A stretch of 64,000 nucleotides of DNA. It comes from Mobula hypostoma (taxonomy: Eukaryota). The stretch is taken from contig NC_086100.1 of the NCBI RefSeq assembly GCF_963921235.1, positions 199,828,001 to 199,892,000 on the forward strand. The letters are read 5' to 3'. Below are positions 13,346 to 26,298 of this stretch, piece after piece. Positions within the stretch are counted from its first letter, which is position 1. Each line of letters starts with the position of its first letter. The translations under genes and the position numbers were made by a program. The notes under the pieces were generated by a model. That model was not told the DNA's origin, made no database searches, and worked only from the letters and a program-made list of their open reading frames with translations.

Positions 13346-13703
13346 GGAAGAGGTTAACCAGGATTCCATAAAGCAAAGGACACACGCGGTCCTAACGTCC
13401 CTCCGATTCAACACCCCAGCTCTGAGATCATCGATTTTATTCACCAGAGACTGCACGTTCGCCAGCAAGTATAGGGAGTTTAAAAACCGGTTTCCTTGAA
13501 CACACTGCAGCCACGTTTCCTGCGTGGGATACGAGGAGTCCGTCCACAAAAGGTGTTGTTTGCATCAGTTTAAAGCAGCGAGAGTTCACTTAAATGCATT
13601 GAGATCTTTGTTGACTGTAATGACCTTGGAAGCAGTTGTGCTGTATCAGGCTAAAATGGAAATATTTAATCGTATCGATTGAGAGTTCTGCTGTCACACG
13701 AGT

Positions 13704-14000
13704 CGCCTCCACATCCTTCGTGTAGTGAGGTGACCAGAACTGAACACAGTACTCCAAGTGGGGTCTGACCAAGGTCTCATATAGCTGTAACATTACCTCA
13801 CAGATCTTGAACTCAATCCCATGGTTGACAAATGCCTACACACCATACACCTTCTTAACAACACTGTCAATGTGCACAGCAGCTTTGAGTGTCCAATGGA
13901 CACGGACCCCAAAATCTCTCTGATCCTCCACACTGCCAAGAGTCATACCTTTAAAACTATATTCTGTCTTCAAATTTGACTTACCAAAATAAACTCCATC
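13704..14000 (-). mobile_element. CR1 RT fragment
   Basis: [22 protein letters not shown]. Confidence 0.85.
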
Positions 14001-14009
14001 TCCTTCACA

Positions 14010-14217
14010 TCTGCTCTCAGGATGAGGCTTTTCATTCTGGAAAAAGGTCTACAAACCCGCTTGTCCAGGTAGACCCATTATTTCAGCTTGTTCCTGCCCC
14101 ACTGAACTCATATCGGCATACCTCGACTCTGTTTTATCCCCCCTAGTTCAGTCCCTTCCTACCTACATCCGTGACACCTCACACGCTCTTAATCTTTGCA
14201 AGGATTTCAAGTTCCCT
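14010..14217 (+). mobile_element. Penelope-like element RT fragment
   Basis: PGRPIISACSCPTELISAYLDSVLSPLVQSLPTYIRDTSHAL, typical of the PLE RT N-terminal region. Confidence 0.8.
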
Positions 14218-14772
14218 CGGGACTTGGAGTACTGTGCTTAGATTTGGTCACCTCATTACACAAAGGATGTGGCTACCAGAGACAGAATGCATAGGAGATT
14301 CACAGGGATGTGCCTGGATTGGAGAGTGTGCCTTATCAGAATAGACTGAGTGAATTTGTCCTTTTCTCCTTGGAGCGACAGAGAATGAGAGGTGACTTAA
14401 TAGAGATGTATGAAATGATGAGAGGCATTGATCTTGTGGATAGCCAGAGGCTTTTTCACAGGGCTGAAATGGCTAATACGATAGGGCATAGTTTTAAGGT
14501 GCTTGGAAGCAGGTACAAGGGGGATGTCAGTGGTAAGTTTCTGACACAGAGAGTGGTGGGTTCGTGGAATGCACTGCCAGTGATGGTGGTAGAGGCAGAT
14601 ACAATAGGGTCTTTTAAGAGATTCTTGGATAGTACATGAAGCTTAGAAAAATAGAGGGCTGAAGTTTAGGGTAATTCTAGGCAGTTTCTAGAGTAGGTTA
14701 CATGGTCGGCAGAACATTGTGGGCTGAATGGCCTGTAATGTGCTGTAGGTTTTCTATGTTTCTATGTTCTAT
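14218..14772 (+). mobile_element. CR1 3' end
   Basis: PGLE..RMRGDLIE..TQRVVGSWN and (TTCTATGT)n tail. Confidence 0.9.
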
Positions 14773-14924
14773 CACCACCTAGCTTCTGGTATGAATCCCA
14801 CCTTCTCTTCCCACATCTGCCTATCACCTCCCTTTCACCTATCACCGTCTAGCTTTGAGCACTATTCCCACCCTTTCCTTCCCACATTTACCTGTCACCT
14901 CCCTTCCTGCCAATCACCTCCCTC

Positions 14925-16021
14925 CCTGCTTTGAGAGGCAAGTCAAGGACTACGTCTGCAGCATGCTACCACCCAAACTGGACCACCTACAATTTGCCAA
15001 CCAACACAATCGATCGACAGATGATGCGATAGCCACAGTTCTGCATCTCGTCCTTACGTATCTGGAGAAGAAGGATGCTTATGTGTGAATGCTGTTCTTG
15101 GACTACAGTTCAGCATTCAACACCATAGTTCAATTCAAACTCAACAGGAAGCTCAGAAGCCTCGGCCTTGACCCTGCCTTGTGCAGCTGGGTCCTGGACG
15201 TCCTGTCAAATCACCGGCAGGTGGTAAGAGTGGGCTCCCTCACCTCCTCCCCTCTGACTCTCAACACAGGGGTCCCTCATGGCTGTGTATTAAGTCCCAT
15301 CCTTTTTTTCCCTGTATACCCATGACTGCGTCACCACCCACAGCTCTAATCTGCTAATTAAATTTACCAATGACATTACATTGATTGGCCTACTCTCAAA
15401 TAATAATGAGGTGGCCAACAGAGAAGAAGTCATCTCTCTGAAACCGTGGTGGGTTGTCAAGAAAACAATCTCTCCCTCAATGTCACAAAAACAAAGGAGC
15501 TGGTTGTGGATTACAGGAGGAATGGAGACAGGCTGACAACAATGGATGTAGGGTTGAGAGGGTGAACAGCTTTAAATTCCTCGGCATTCACATCACTGAG
15601 GACCTCACGTGGTCTGTACACACCAGCAGTGTGGTAAAAAAGGCACAACAGCGCCTTTCACCTCAGACAGCTGAGGAAGTTTGGTATGAGCCCCCAAATC
15701 CTAAGAACTTCCTGCAGGGGCACAGTTGAGAGCATCCTGACTGGCTGCATCACTGCCTGGTATGGGAACTGTATCTCCCTCAATCACAGGACTCTACAGA
15801 GAGTGGTGCGGACAGCCCAGCACATCTGTAGATGTGAACTTCCCATGACTCAGGACATTTACAAAGACAGTTGTGTGAAAAGGGCCCAAAGTATCACTGG
15901 GGACCCGAGTCACCCCAACCACAATTTATTCCACCTGCTACCATCCAGGAAATGGCACTGCAGCATAAAAGCCAGGACCAACAGACTTCGGGACAGCTTC
16001 TTCCACCAGGCCATCAGACTG
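14925..16021 (+). mobile_element. Rex1/Babar-type LINE RT and 3' region
   Basis: CFERQVK, LFLDYSSAFNTI, FKFLGIHITEDLTWS, ESILTGCITAWYGN, RLRDSFFHQAIRL. Confidence 0.88.
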
Positions 16022-17858
16022 GCCATGGGAATTATAGACCAGTGAGTCTTTCTTCAGTCTTGGCAAATTATTGGAGAGGATTCTTAGAGATAGGATATAT
16101 GAGTATTTGGAGAAACATAGTCTGATTAACTGTAGTCAGGATGGCTTTGTGAGGGGAAAATCATTCCTCACGAGCCTGATTGAATTCTTTGAGGATGTTT
16201 CAAAACATAGAACATAGAACATAGAATAGTACAGCACAGTACAGGCCCTTCAGCCAACAATGTTGTGCCAACCCTCAAACCCTGCCTCCCATATAACCCC
16301 CCACCTTAAATTCCTCCCTATACCTCTCTAGCAGTTTCTTAAATTTCACCAGTGTATCTGCCTCCACCACTCACTCAGGCAGTGCATTCCACGCTCCAAC
16401 CACTCTCTGAGTAAAAAACCTTCCTCTAATATCCCCCTTGAACTTCCCACCCCTTACCTTAAAGCCATGTCCTCTTGTATTGAGCAGTGGTGCCCTGGGG
16501 AAGAGACGCTGGCTATCCACTCTATCTATCCCTCTTATTATCTTGTACACCCCTATCATGTCTCCTCTCATCCTCCTTCCCTCCAAAGAGTAAAGCCCTA
16601 GCTCCCTTAATCTCTGATCATAATGCCATACTCTCTAAACCAGGCAGCATCCTGGTAAATCTCCTCTGTACCCTTTCCAATGCTTCCACATCCTTCCTAT
16701 AGTGAGGTGACCAGAACTGGACACAGTACTCCAAGTGTGGCCTAACCAGGGTTTTATAGAGCTGCATCATTACATCGCGACTTTCAAACTCTATTCCTCG
16801 ACTTATGAAAGCTAACACTCCATAAGCTTTCTTAACTACCCTATCCATCTGTGAGGCAACATGTACCCCCAGATCCCTCTGCTCCTTCACACTACCAAGT
16901 ATCCTGCCATTTACTTTGTCCTCTGCCTTGGAGTCTGTCCTTCCAAAGTGTACCACCTCACACTTCTCCAGGTTGAACTCCATCTGCCACTTCTCAGCCC
17001 ACTTCTGCATCCTATCAATGTCTCTCTGCAATCTTTGACAATCCTCTACACTATCTACAACACAACCAACCTTTGTGTCGTCTGCAAACTTGCCAACCCA
17101 CCCTATGACCCCCACATCCAGGTCATTAATAAAAAGCTTTATCAATGATCTGGATGATAATGTGGTAAATTGGATCAGCAAATTTGCTGATGATACAAAG
17201 ATTGGAGGTGTAGTGGACAGTGAGGAAGGCTTTCAAAGCTAGGGTATTTGGACCAGCTGGAAAAAAGGGGTGAAAAATGGCAGATGGAGTTTAATACAGA
17301 GAAGTGTGAGGTATTTCACTTTGGAAGGACAAACCAAGGTAGAACATACAGGGTAAATGGTAAGGCACTGAGGAGTGCAGTGGAACAGAGGGATCTGGGA
17401 ATACAGATACAAAATTCCCTAAAAGTAGCGTCACAGGTAGATAGGGTCGTCAAGAGAGCTTTTGGTGCATTGGCCTTTATAAATCAAAATCTTGAGTATA
17501 AGAGTTAGAGTGTTATGGTGAGGTTGTATAAGGCATTGGTGAGGCTGAATTTGGAGTATTGTGTTCAGTTTTGGTCACCAAATTACAGGAAGGATATTAA
17601 TAAGGTTGAAAAAGTGCAGAGAAGGTTTACAAGGATGTTGCCAGGACTTGAGAAACTCAGTTACAGAGAAAGGTTGAATAGGTTAGGACTTTATTCCCTG
17701 GAGCGTAGAAGAATGAGGGGAGATTTGATAGAGGTATATAAAATTATGATGGGTATAGATAGTGTGAATGCAAGCAGGCTTTTTCCACTGAGGCAAGGGG
17801 AGAAAAAAACCAGAGGACATAGGTTAAGGGTGAAGGGGGAAAAGTTTAAAGGGAACAT
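16022..17858. mobile_element. Cluster of three CR1 fragments (+16022-16206, -16207-17130, +17136-17858)
   Basis: GNYRPVSL; minus copy with KFADDTK and (ATAGAAC)n tail; plus copy closely matching the 3' part of the 8526-12180 element. Confidence 0.9.
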
Positions 17859-17977
17859 TTTATTTAAAATATGAAGACACGCAGTCCTCTTTTATTGTCA
17901 TTTAGTAATGCATGCATTAAGAAATGACACAATATTTCCTCCGATGTGACATCACAAAACACAGGATAAACTAAGAC

Positions 17978-18447
17978 AGTGAGGAAGCCAGGTTGAGTCG
18001 GTAGTGAAGAAGGTAGAGCAGGATAGTCTAAGAAGAAAACAAAAGGCTCCAAAAGGAGGCAGGTTAAGGGAAAAGTTACTGATTTACAGGGGCAGAGGAG
18101 TCTGGATTTGGTGCTCATAACCACTTTCAGTTGAAGTGTGAGAAATTGGTTAAAGAAAAGAGAAAAGAGAAAACAGGAGGAAGAGGGCAATTTCGCTAAG
18201 AGCGAGGTGGAAGGATTAAAGAAAGATTGCAGAGATTTAAAAGGAGCTATAAATGTGATACAGAAATCAGTACACAAAAAGAAAAGTAACCCAGAAGATC
18301 ATACAAAGTGTTTAGCAGATACAAAAGCTGCAGGACCAAGTTGCAGCACACATATTTGCTTTTGATCTGAAAGAGGGGAGGAGAGTGAATACGGAGGTAA
18401 GGATTGGAGCAATTTAGCAGATGATGCCACTGCCCTCCCTAGTTATT
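17978..18447 (+). pseudogene. gag: Gag fragment of ERV-B family (second copy of about 37260-37800)
   Basis: ORF 18138-18365 nearly identical to 37444-37671 (RNWLKKREKRKQE...KCLAD); internal deletion between gatgatgc and cactgccctccc. Confidence 0.7.
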
Positions 18448-18449
18448 TA

Positions 18450-18639
18450 CCCCTAGACTTGAAGAAGCTTGTTTTCACATATATTCCACACTTAATCATT
18501 GCTAACCTGTTGTATTTATCTGCATTTATAATACTGTATTGCATAGTTACTAATAAATATCATTAGTTAATCGCAATACCGGACTCCAAAGTGTTTCCTA
18601 TTCCTGCTGGTTCTTTAAACCATCGTGGGGTACGTGACA
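18450..18639 (+). mobile_element. Probable 3' part of an LTR
   Basis: AATAAA followed by a U5-like stretch ending ...tacgtgaCA; no internal region or partner LTR seen. Confidence 0.4.
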
Positions 18640-19168
18640 AAATAAATACTGGAACTTTCACCCACTGTTTTCGGACTTGTCCCAAGCTTCATGCGTAGGG
18701 GACTGATATTTTGGGTGAAATGGAAAATATTCTGAAGATGGAGCTTGAACTGGAACCAGTGTCTTTTCTCTTCGGCTTACCCAGCAGTCGTATTATTAAT
18801 GCACATCAGCAAAAAACTTTTTAACAACCCGACTTTTTGTGCGAGGAAGAACATTTTACTTTGTTGGATATCCGATAAGGCCCCTGGACTTTTTGTTTGG
18901 CGTAAATTAATTATGGAATACATTCCTTTGGACTTTTTGACATGTATGGTACACTCAAAAACAAATAGTTTTCATAAAACATGGCAACCTTTTCTGTAGT
19001 ATGTAGATGTAAATCTGTCTGCTATAATAATAAGAGCTACTTCTGTACAGGATGTTGGGGTGCTGTCTATATTTTGATGGAAGTGTTCTGATAGCTGATA
19101 TCTGTGAGGGGAAGAAATGTAAATGTATCTGTAAAATGAAAGTTTTGTTATGCTGAGCCAAAAAAAAA
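18640..19168 (+). mobile_element. L1 3' fragment with poly(A)
   Basis: GTFTHCF..CPKL, ARKNILLCW, FHKTWQPFL resemble the C-terminus of the L1 ORF2 in this window; ends in an A run. Confidence 0.75.
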
Positions 19169-20185
19169 TCCATCTTGTAGGCATTCTGGAAATTACCCCT
19201 CTTGGGACCAGCACCAACCTGATTTTCCTGATCTACCTCCATATTGAAGTCCCACATGACTATTATAACATTGCCCTTTTGGCATCCATTTTCTATCTCC
19301 CATTGTAATTTGTAGACCACATCCTTACTATTATTTGAGGGTCTGTATACAACTCCCATCAGAGTCTTTTTATCTTTGCAGTTCCTTAACTCTATCCACA
19401 ATGATTCGACACCTTCTATCCCTATGTCACCTCTTTCTAATGATTTGATTTCATTTCTTACCGACAGAGCCATGCTGCCCTCTTTGCCTCCTGCCAGTTC
19501 TTTTGATATTGTTGGACATTAAGCTCCCAGCTATAATCTTTCAGCTATGATTCAGTTATACCTACAATATCATACCTGCCAGTCTGCAAATGTGCAGCGT
19601 TCACTTACCTTATTCCATATACTCCATGCATTCAAATACAACACCATCAGTCCTGTATTCACCCTTCTCGATTTTGTCCACCTTTTATGTTGCAACTCAT
19701 CCAGTTGACTGCGATTTTGCCTTATCAACAACCTGTCCTCACTACACATTGCCTCTGTAAACAAGCTACCTCATATTCAGCACTATCATCCGCCTTTCCT
19801 ATGATACTTCTTGCACTAAAATATACGTTGTTCAGGACACTAGTCGCACCATGCTCGATCTTTTGATTACTAACTATGTCTGAGATCTTTCCAGCATTTG
19901 CCTCCACTAACCGTTCTGGCACTCTGGTTCGCATCCCCCTGCAACTCTAGTTTAAACCCCACCGTGCAGCATTAACAAACCTTCCCACTAGAATAGTAGT
20001 CCCCTCCAGTTCAGAAGCAAACCGTCCCTTCTGTACAGGTTCCATCTACCCTGGAATAGAGCCCAATGATTCAAAAATCTTATACTCTCCCTCCTACATC
20101 AACTCTTTAGCCATGTAGTAAACTGTATTACTTCCTTAGTCCTGGCTTCACTAGCACATGGCACGGGTAGCAATCGTGAGATTGC
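19169..20185 (-). mobile_element. Old CR1 5' fragment (ORF1 end + endonuclease)
   Basis: ESLWIELRN, GVVYRPSN, YLNAWSI. Confidence 0.8.
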
Positions 20186-20708
20186 TTAGTCAAATTTAAA
20201 ATCTTGCTCCCAATTGCAACATTCTGACACTCTAAAGGACTCTGTTTCAATCTCTTGTTATAACTCATGGCTCTCACCACAGCATACTGCAAAAAGACTC
20301 ATCATTTACAGGCAGAATTGACAATGAAGAATTCTCGTAAGTACTGAGGCCACAATTCAGAAGTTTCTGTCTTGTCATCTCTTCTGGGCAAGCCTAGTGG
20401 TTTTCCCTTTTGATGACATCTTGATAAATCTATCCCTTGTACAATTCATAAAAATAGCATGTGTTGTTTGGTTGCTTGAGGATTTCCAAGTTTTCTCAGA
20501 TAATTGCCCAAATTATGAACTCTTTTCAAAGGATAGGTTAAAGAATCTGCCGAGGGACTTCCGGTAGCGCTCATGGAGTGAAGTCGCGTTCTTGACTCGC
20601 TCCATTACCTCTGAGTTTTTTTTCTCTATGGTCAGCTATACTTTAATTAACCATTAAGGCATCAATTTTTATAATACTTTGAATTAAACTGAATTCTCTG
20701 ACAATTGG

Positions 20709-21608
20709 ATGATACTTAGATCTGCTATGTCTAAGAACGGGAAAAACGGCAAGGATGGTAAACCTCCGGTTAAACCGAAAGCTACGGATCTCCCCCCGAC
20801 TGAATCACCGGTGACTTTGAAAGCGATATCGGAGTTAATTCAGAGGGAAATTTCAACCTCTGTTAGGGAGATGATTCGTACGGAAATTGCAGGCTCTGTT
20901 AAAGACCTGATTCATACGGAAATCTCAACTAATTTCCAGAAAATTGCCGATTTAATTGATAAGATGCAAACATGTATTGCGGAACATCAGTCGGCTATAT
21001 CTGATCTTCAAAAATTCGCGCAACAAAGTGAGCTTAAGATGGGGAAAATCGAAGAAACAATTAATGTAATGAAGAAGAAACTTGACTTTTTGACTTTTAA
21101 AAACTCTGACTTGGAATCTAGAATGCGACGGCAGAATTTACGAATGATTGGCGTGAGGGAAGCTGTTGAAGCCAACAACCCCATGAAATATTTCTCTCAA
21201 CTTTTAAAAGATGCATTCCCTACTGTATTTCCTGACCAACCACCGCTACTGGATCGTGTTCACAGAATCCCATCATACTCGTCTAGGTCAGATAGACCTA
21301 GGCATGTTGTTTTACGTTTTCATTACTTTCAAGACAAGAAGAGACTGTTTCGATTCGCTCGATCTAAAGGTTTCATTGATTTTTCGGATCTTAAGTTCCG
21401 ATTCGTGGAAGATTTCAGTAAACCAATCTGGGACCAACGGGTCCGTTACAGATCCGTGATGTCGGAATTCTATAAGATGGATTTAAGACCAGCGCTGCTG
21501 TACCCTGCACGTCTAAGGATTCGCATGTTAGATGGAGCCCTTCGTTTTTTTGATTCTCCATCGGATGCCCAGAGTTATCTGGATCAACTTTCATCTTCAA
21601 CATCTTAA
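20709..21608 (+). CDS. L1 ORF1p (coiled coil + RRM + CTD), intact, 299 aa
   Basis: Heptad region, LESRMRRQNLRMIG, LDRVHR, RPRHVVLRF, LLYPARL. Confidence 0.93.
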   Translation: MILRSAMSKNGKNGKDGKPPVKPKATDLPPTESPVTLKAISELIQREISTSVREMIRTEIAGSVKDLIHTEISTNFQKIADLIDKMQTCIAEHQSAISDLQKFAQQSELKMGKIEETINVMKKKLDFLTFKNSDLESRMRRQNLRMIGVREAVEANNPMKYFSQLLKDAFPTVFPDQPPLLDRVHRIPSYSSRSDRPRHVVLRFHYFQDKKRLFRFARSKGFIDFSDLKFRFVEDFSKPIWDQRVRYRSVMSEFYKMDLRPALLYPARLRIRMLDGALRFFDSPSDAQSYLDQLSSSTS

Positions 21609-22328
21609 TTGCCTTTTTTTAATTATCTCCGTTGATCGGAGGCTGTGAATTGGTTGGTTTTAACTTTTCTGTGCCCTATTTGGGCAGAAAAGTTTACTTT
21701 TGATTTCTTAATATGGCTGCTAAACTTTCTTTTTAATGCGTCATTTTTTTCTTTTCCCAGGGGATTCTGGGTGGTTACTTCCCTTTTGTCATCTTACGTA
21801 TTTCCTGTGCGGCCTTAAATTTTGTAGTTTTTTTTAAAATTTTATTCTGTTTTGCTTTTTATAATCACTTTATGTTAATAATCCTATTTTTTTTGTTGCT
21901 GTGTCTATTCATGAATTTGAGGTTTATTGTGGTTTTTTTTTAATATATATTTTCCGGCTTTTGTTCTGTTCTGTGTGTATTTTAATTGAGCTAACTTTTT
22001 TTTACTTATTTTTTTACTGTTTTACAATTAGCTGATCCTTTTCATATTTATACCTTTTTTTTAGGAAGCGTATACCGGAAGTCATGGGGGTAGTTTTAGC
22101 GCTTGCTTCTTTCTGGCGGGTCTGCTTTAGATTTTGCCTTGGGGTCTTGGGCTGCGGGGTGGTGGGAGGGGCTTCACGTTTTAGTTTGTTTCTCTTTGGG
22201 CTATATACCTTATTGAAGTACTGGTTGCGTCCTTTTCCCCGGTATCTTTTGTATGTTCTGTTTCCTCTCCGGGTTTGTGGGTCGCGCCTATTGTCAATCC
22301 TCCTTGTTGTGGGTTGACTTTAGGATTT

Positions 22329-25300
22329 ATGGAGTCTATTATTAATTTTGTCTCCTGGAATACTAATGGTCTTAATCATCCTATTAAAAGGAAAAAAGTT
22401 TTTAAAGTGTTCCGGAGACTTAAAGCACAAATTTTATTTTTACAAGAGACCCATGTACGGAGGGGGGACAGACTACGTTTTTTCAAATTCTGGAAGGGAC
22501 AACAATTTCATTCAAACTCCAATGCTAAGATTCGAGGCGTCTCTATTTTTATAGATTCCTCAGTTACTTTTATACAACAGGATATTATCTCTGATCCGAA
22601 TGGTAGATTTTTATTGGTTAGTGGTTTACTATTTAATAAAAAAGTAGTTTTGGTTAATGTTTATGCTCCTAATATGGATTGTCCGGAATTTTATAAATCA
22701 TTGTTTGATCAGTTTCCGAATTTGAACGAGTTTTCATTGATTTGGGGCGGAGATCTTAATACCTGTTTATCTCCAGCTTTGGACCGTTCGGCTCCTTTAC
22801 GGACTTTACCTAATAAATCTGCAAATTTGATTAATTTTTTCCTTTCTGATTCTGGGTCGACGGACATTTGGCGTTTTCTGCATCCTCAGGAAAAAGATTT
22901 TTCCTTCTTTTCACATGTTCATCATTCCTATTCAAGAATTGATTATTTTTTCATTGATTCTCGTCTCATTCCTTCAGTGATTAAATGTGATTATGATTCT
23001 ATAACCATTTCGGATCATGCTCCACTTAAGCTTTCTATTAAAATTATGGCCAATATACCAAACAATAGACAATGGCGTTTTAATTCGCTGTTGCTTCAGG
23101 ACTCGGACTTTGTTAATTTTATGAATGAACAGATTGAGCTTTTTTTTACAATTAACTATACAGAAGATATTTCGGTTAACACTCTTTGGGACACTTTTAA
23201 AGCCTATATTCGGGGTCAGATTATTTCGTATTCCGTTGCTTTGAGGAAGAAACAGAAGCAGGAGGAGATGGCAATTGTGGACAAGATTAAAGAAATTGAT
23301 AAGAAATATGTTATGGCTCCTTCTGAGGAGCTATACAAACAAAGAACTGAACTTCAAATGGAACACAGTTTACTACTCTCGTCCTCGATTGTAAACCAAT
23401 TAAAGAAAACAAGAAGTGATTTTTATGTTCACAGTGATAAAATTGGCAAGCTGCTGGCTAATCAATTGAAATCTAATTATGTTAAATCTCAAATCAATCA
23501 GATTTATAACCAAAATGATCGATTGATATTGGATCATGTGGGGATTAATCAAACCTTTTGTGATTTTTATTCTTCTTTATATCAATCAGAGTCTCCTCGA
23601 GATTCTAAATATATGAATGATTTTTTAGATAAGTTAGACTTCCCTCTGATTTCACAGGATATGTCTTCTTTATTAGATACTTCCATTACAATGGATGAGA
23701 TTAAGAATGTTATTTTTTCTATGAATCTGGGGAAAGCTCCTGGCCCTGATGGGTTTACCGTTGAATTTTATAAATGTTTTGCTTCTTTATTGATTCCTTG
23801 GCTCTATAAGGTTTTTGAGGCTTCTTTGAAACTTGGTAAACTTCCGGAATCTTTTAATAGAGCATCAATTTCTTTAATACTAAAGAAGGATAAAGACCCT
23901 GCTCAATGTGCATCTTATAGACCAATATCTTTATTAAATGTTGATTCTAAAGTTTTTTCTAAGTTATTAGCAAATAGACTAGAAAAAGTACTTCCTTCTA
24001 TTATTTCGGAAGACCAAACGGGTTTTATTAAAGGTCGTTACTCTTTTTATAATATTCGTACATTGTTAAATATCGTTTATACTCCCTCACAAAATGTTCC
24101 TGAGTGTGTTATTTCTTTAGATGCCGAGAAAGCTTTTGATAGAGTAGAATGGCCTTATTTATTTAAGGTGCTTGAAATGTTTAATTTTAGCTTGAAATTT
24201 ATGTCCTGGATTAAACTGTTATATCACTCCCCTGTAGCCTCGTTTCGTACTAACTCTTTAAACTCACCTTTTTTTCCTCTCTTTCGTGGTACTCGACAAG
24301 GCTGTCCTCTTAGTCCCCTATTATTTGATATTGCATTAGAACCTCTTGCAATTGCTATTCGAGAATCTTCAAATATTACTGGGATAACTCGGGGATTAAA
24401 GTCCCATAAATTATCACTCTATGCTGATGATTTACTTTTATATATTTCTAATCCTGAGAGATCCATTCCTGCTGTTTTAGAGTTATTAGCACAATTTGGT
24501 CTTTTCTCAGGTTATAAATTAAATCTTAGTAAGAGTGAACTTTTTCCGATTAATAAACATCTTCCCTTATATTATAAATTTCCATTTAAATTGATTAATA
24601 ATTACTTTTCATATCTTGGGATTAAAATTACTTGTAAACATAAAGATTTATTTAAGACTAACTTTTTACCATTAATCGACCATATTACTCAACTTTCATC
24701 TAAATGGTTTCCCTTATATTTAACTTTGATTGGTCGTATTAATGCAGTTAAGATGTTTTTTTTGCCAAAATTTTTATATGTGTTTCAGGCATTACCAATT
24801 TTCGTTCCTAAATCTTTTTTTGATAAAGTTGACTCTAAAATTTCTTCATTTATTTGGCAGAATAAGAATCCGAGACTGGGTAAAATACATTTACAGAAAG
24901 CTAAGAGAGATGGAGGTTTAGCATTACCTAACTTTAGATTTTATTATTGGGCTATTAATATTCGACATATGAAATTTTGGTTACTTGACCGGGATATACT
25001 ATCTATTCCTAAATGGGTAGCATTGGAATTACAATCTGTTCAGGGTTATACACTTGGTTCTATTTTAGGTTCCTCTCTTCCTTTTGATTCGAAACGTCTT
25101 AAGCAGGTCTCTAACCCGATAGTTAAATATGCTTTGCGCATTTGGTTTCAATTCAGAAAATTTTTTGATCTTAATCAATTCGGGTTAGCGATTCCTATTT
25201 TAGGTAACATATTTTTTCCTCCCTCTTTTACGGATCGCGCTTTTCAAACTTGGAAGACTAAGGGTATTTTACGGTTTTTGGATTTATTTTTAGATGGTTC

Positions 25301-26106
25301 CCTTATGTCTTTTGAACAATTATCTAATAAATATAACTTATCAAGAATACATTTTTTTTAGATATTTACAAGTTAGAAATTTCCTAAGTACTATACTTTC
25401 TTCCTTTCCAATGCTTCCTCCTATATATATTTTAGATTCGATAATTAACCTTAATCCATGTCAGAAAGGTGCATCGGCTATGATTTATAATATTATTATG
25501 AAACTTAGGAAAGCTCCATTTGATAAGATTAGGGTAGATTGGGAACAGGAATTGGGGCTTACCATTTCTGTGGATGATTGGGGGCAGATTTTACAATTAG
25601 TTAATACTTCCTCTATTTGTGCTAAACATTCCCTAATTCAATTTAAAGTGGTTCATAGAGCACATATGTCCAAAGATAAGTTAGCGCGTTTTTACTCGCA
25701 TATCAATCCTTTCTGTGATAGATGTTCGGGGCAGATAGCCTCTTTAACTCATATGTTTTGGTCTTGCCCTACTTTGGAAACTTTTTGGAGAGATATTTTC
25801 AATATTATTTCTAAGGTATTAAATATAGATATCTCTCCTCACCCTATTACTGCTATCTTTGGACTACCTAAAATTTCTAGTAATCTTTCCCCTTCAGCCC
25901 GTAGAATGATTGCATTTCTTACTTTAATGGCGAAAAGATGTATTTTACAACATTGGAAAGAGCTTAATGCTCCAACTACCTTTTTTTGGTTTTCTCAGAC
26001 GATTTTATGTTTGAATTTGGAGAAAATTAGAAGTAACCTTTATGATTCTTCTTTTAAATTTGAACAGATTTGGGGACCTTTTATTCGATATTTTCATTTA
26101 ATGTAA
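22329..26106 (+). CDS. L1 ORF2p (APE-RT-CCHC) with a single +1 frameshift in the T8 run at 25352-25359
   Basis: SWNTNGL, LQETH, SRIDY, SDHAP, KAPGPDG, LDAEKAFD, RQGCPLSP, YADD, CDRC..HMFWSC. Removing one T gives HFFRYLQVR and joins ORFs 22275-25361 and 25294-26106. Confidence 0.93.
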
Positions 26107-26298
26107 TATTTACCCTTCTTGTTTTTTTTTCACTGTTTTAATGGAGGTCGGGATTGAGGACGTGATTTTAAGTTTAACTCTGTTTGGTTTCAAGTTAGCC
26201 CATTGCTTTGCCTTGCTTTTAGTTAGTTGCACGGTGGGTTTTTTTTTGGGGTTTTTTTTTCTTTTTTTCCATTGATATATATAAAATTAAAAAAAAAA

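Larger units (their letters stand above)
6961..13700 (-). mobile_element. Rex1/Babar-type LINE, nearly full length, split by four later insertions (segments about 6961-8525, 12177-12547, 13066-13179, 13346-13700)
   Basis: APE motifs LLANVQSLVNKIDDLRA, PFYLPRE, GDFNQASL, TLDHCY; RT motifs [34 protein letters not shown]. The segments rejoin (AIPRP|HFGKSDH) across the CR1 insertion. Confidence 0.88.
20552..26298 (+). mobile_element. Full-length L1 retrotransposon (about 5.75 kb) with 12-bp TSD
   Basis: TSD aaagaatctgcc at 20540-20551 and 26299-26310, TT/AAAG target site, ORF1, ORF2, 3' UTR and poly(A). Confidence 0.97.

Noticed and set aside
20185..20539. Continuation of ERV-B integrase or env beyond the L1
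   Set aside because: After removing the L1 and one TSD the frame reads VADSLTYPLKRV with no integrase core motifs, so the provirus ends there.
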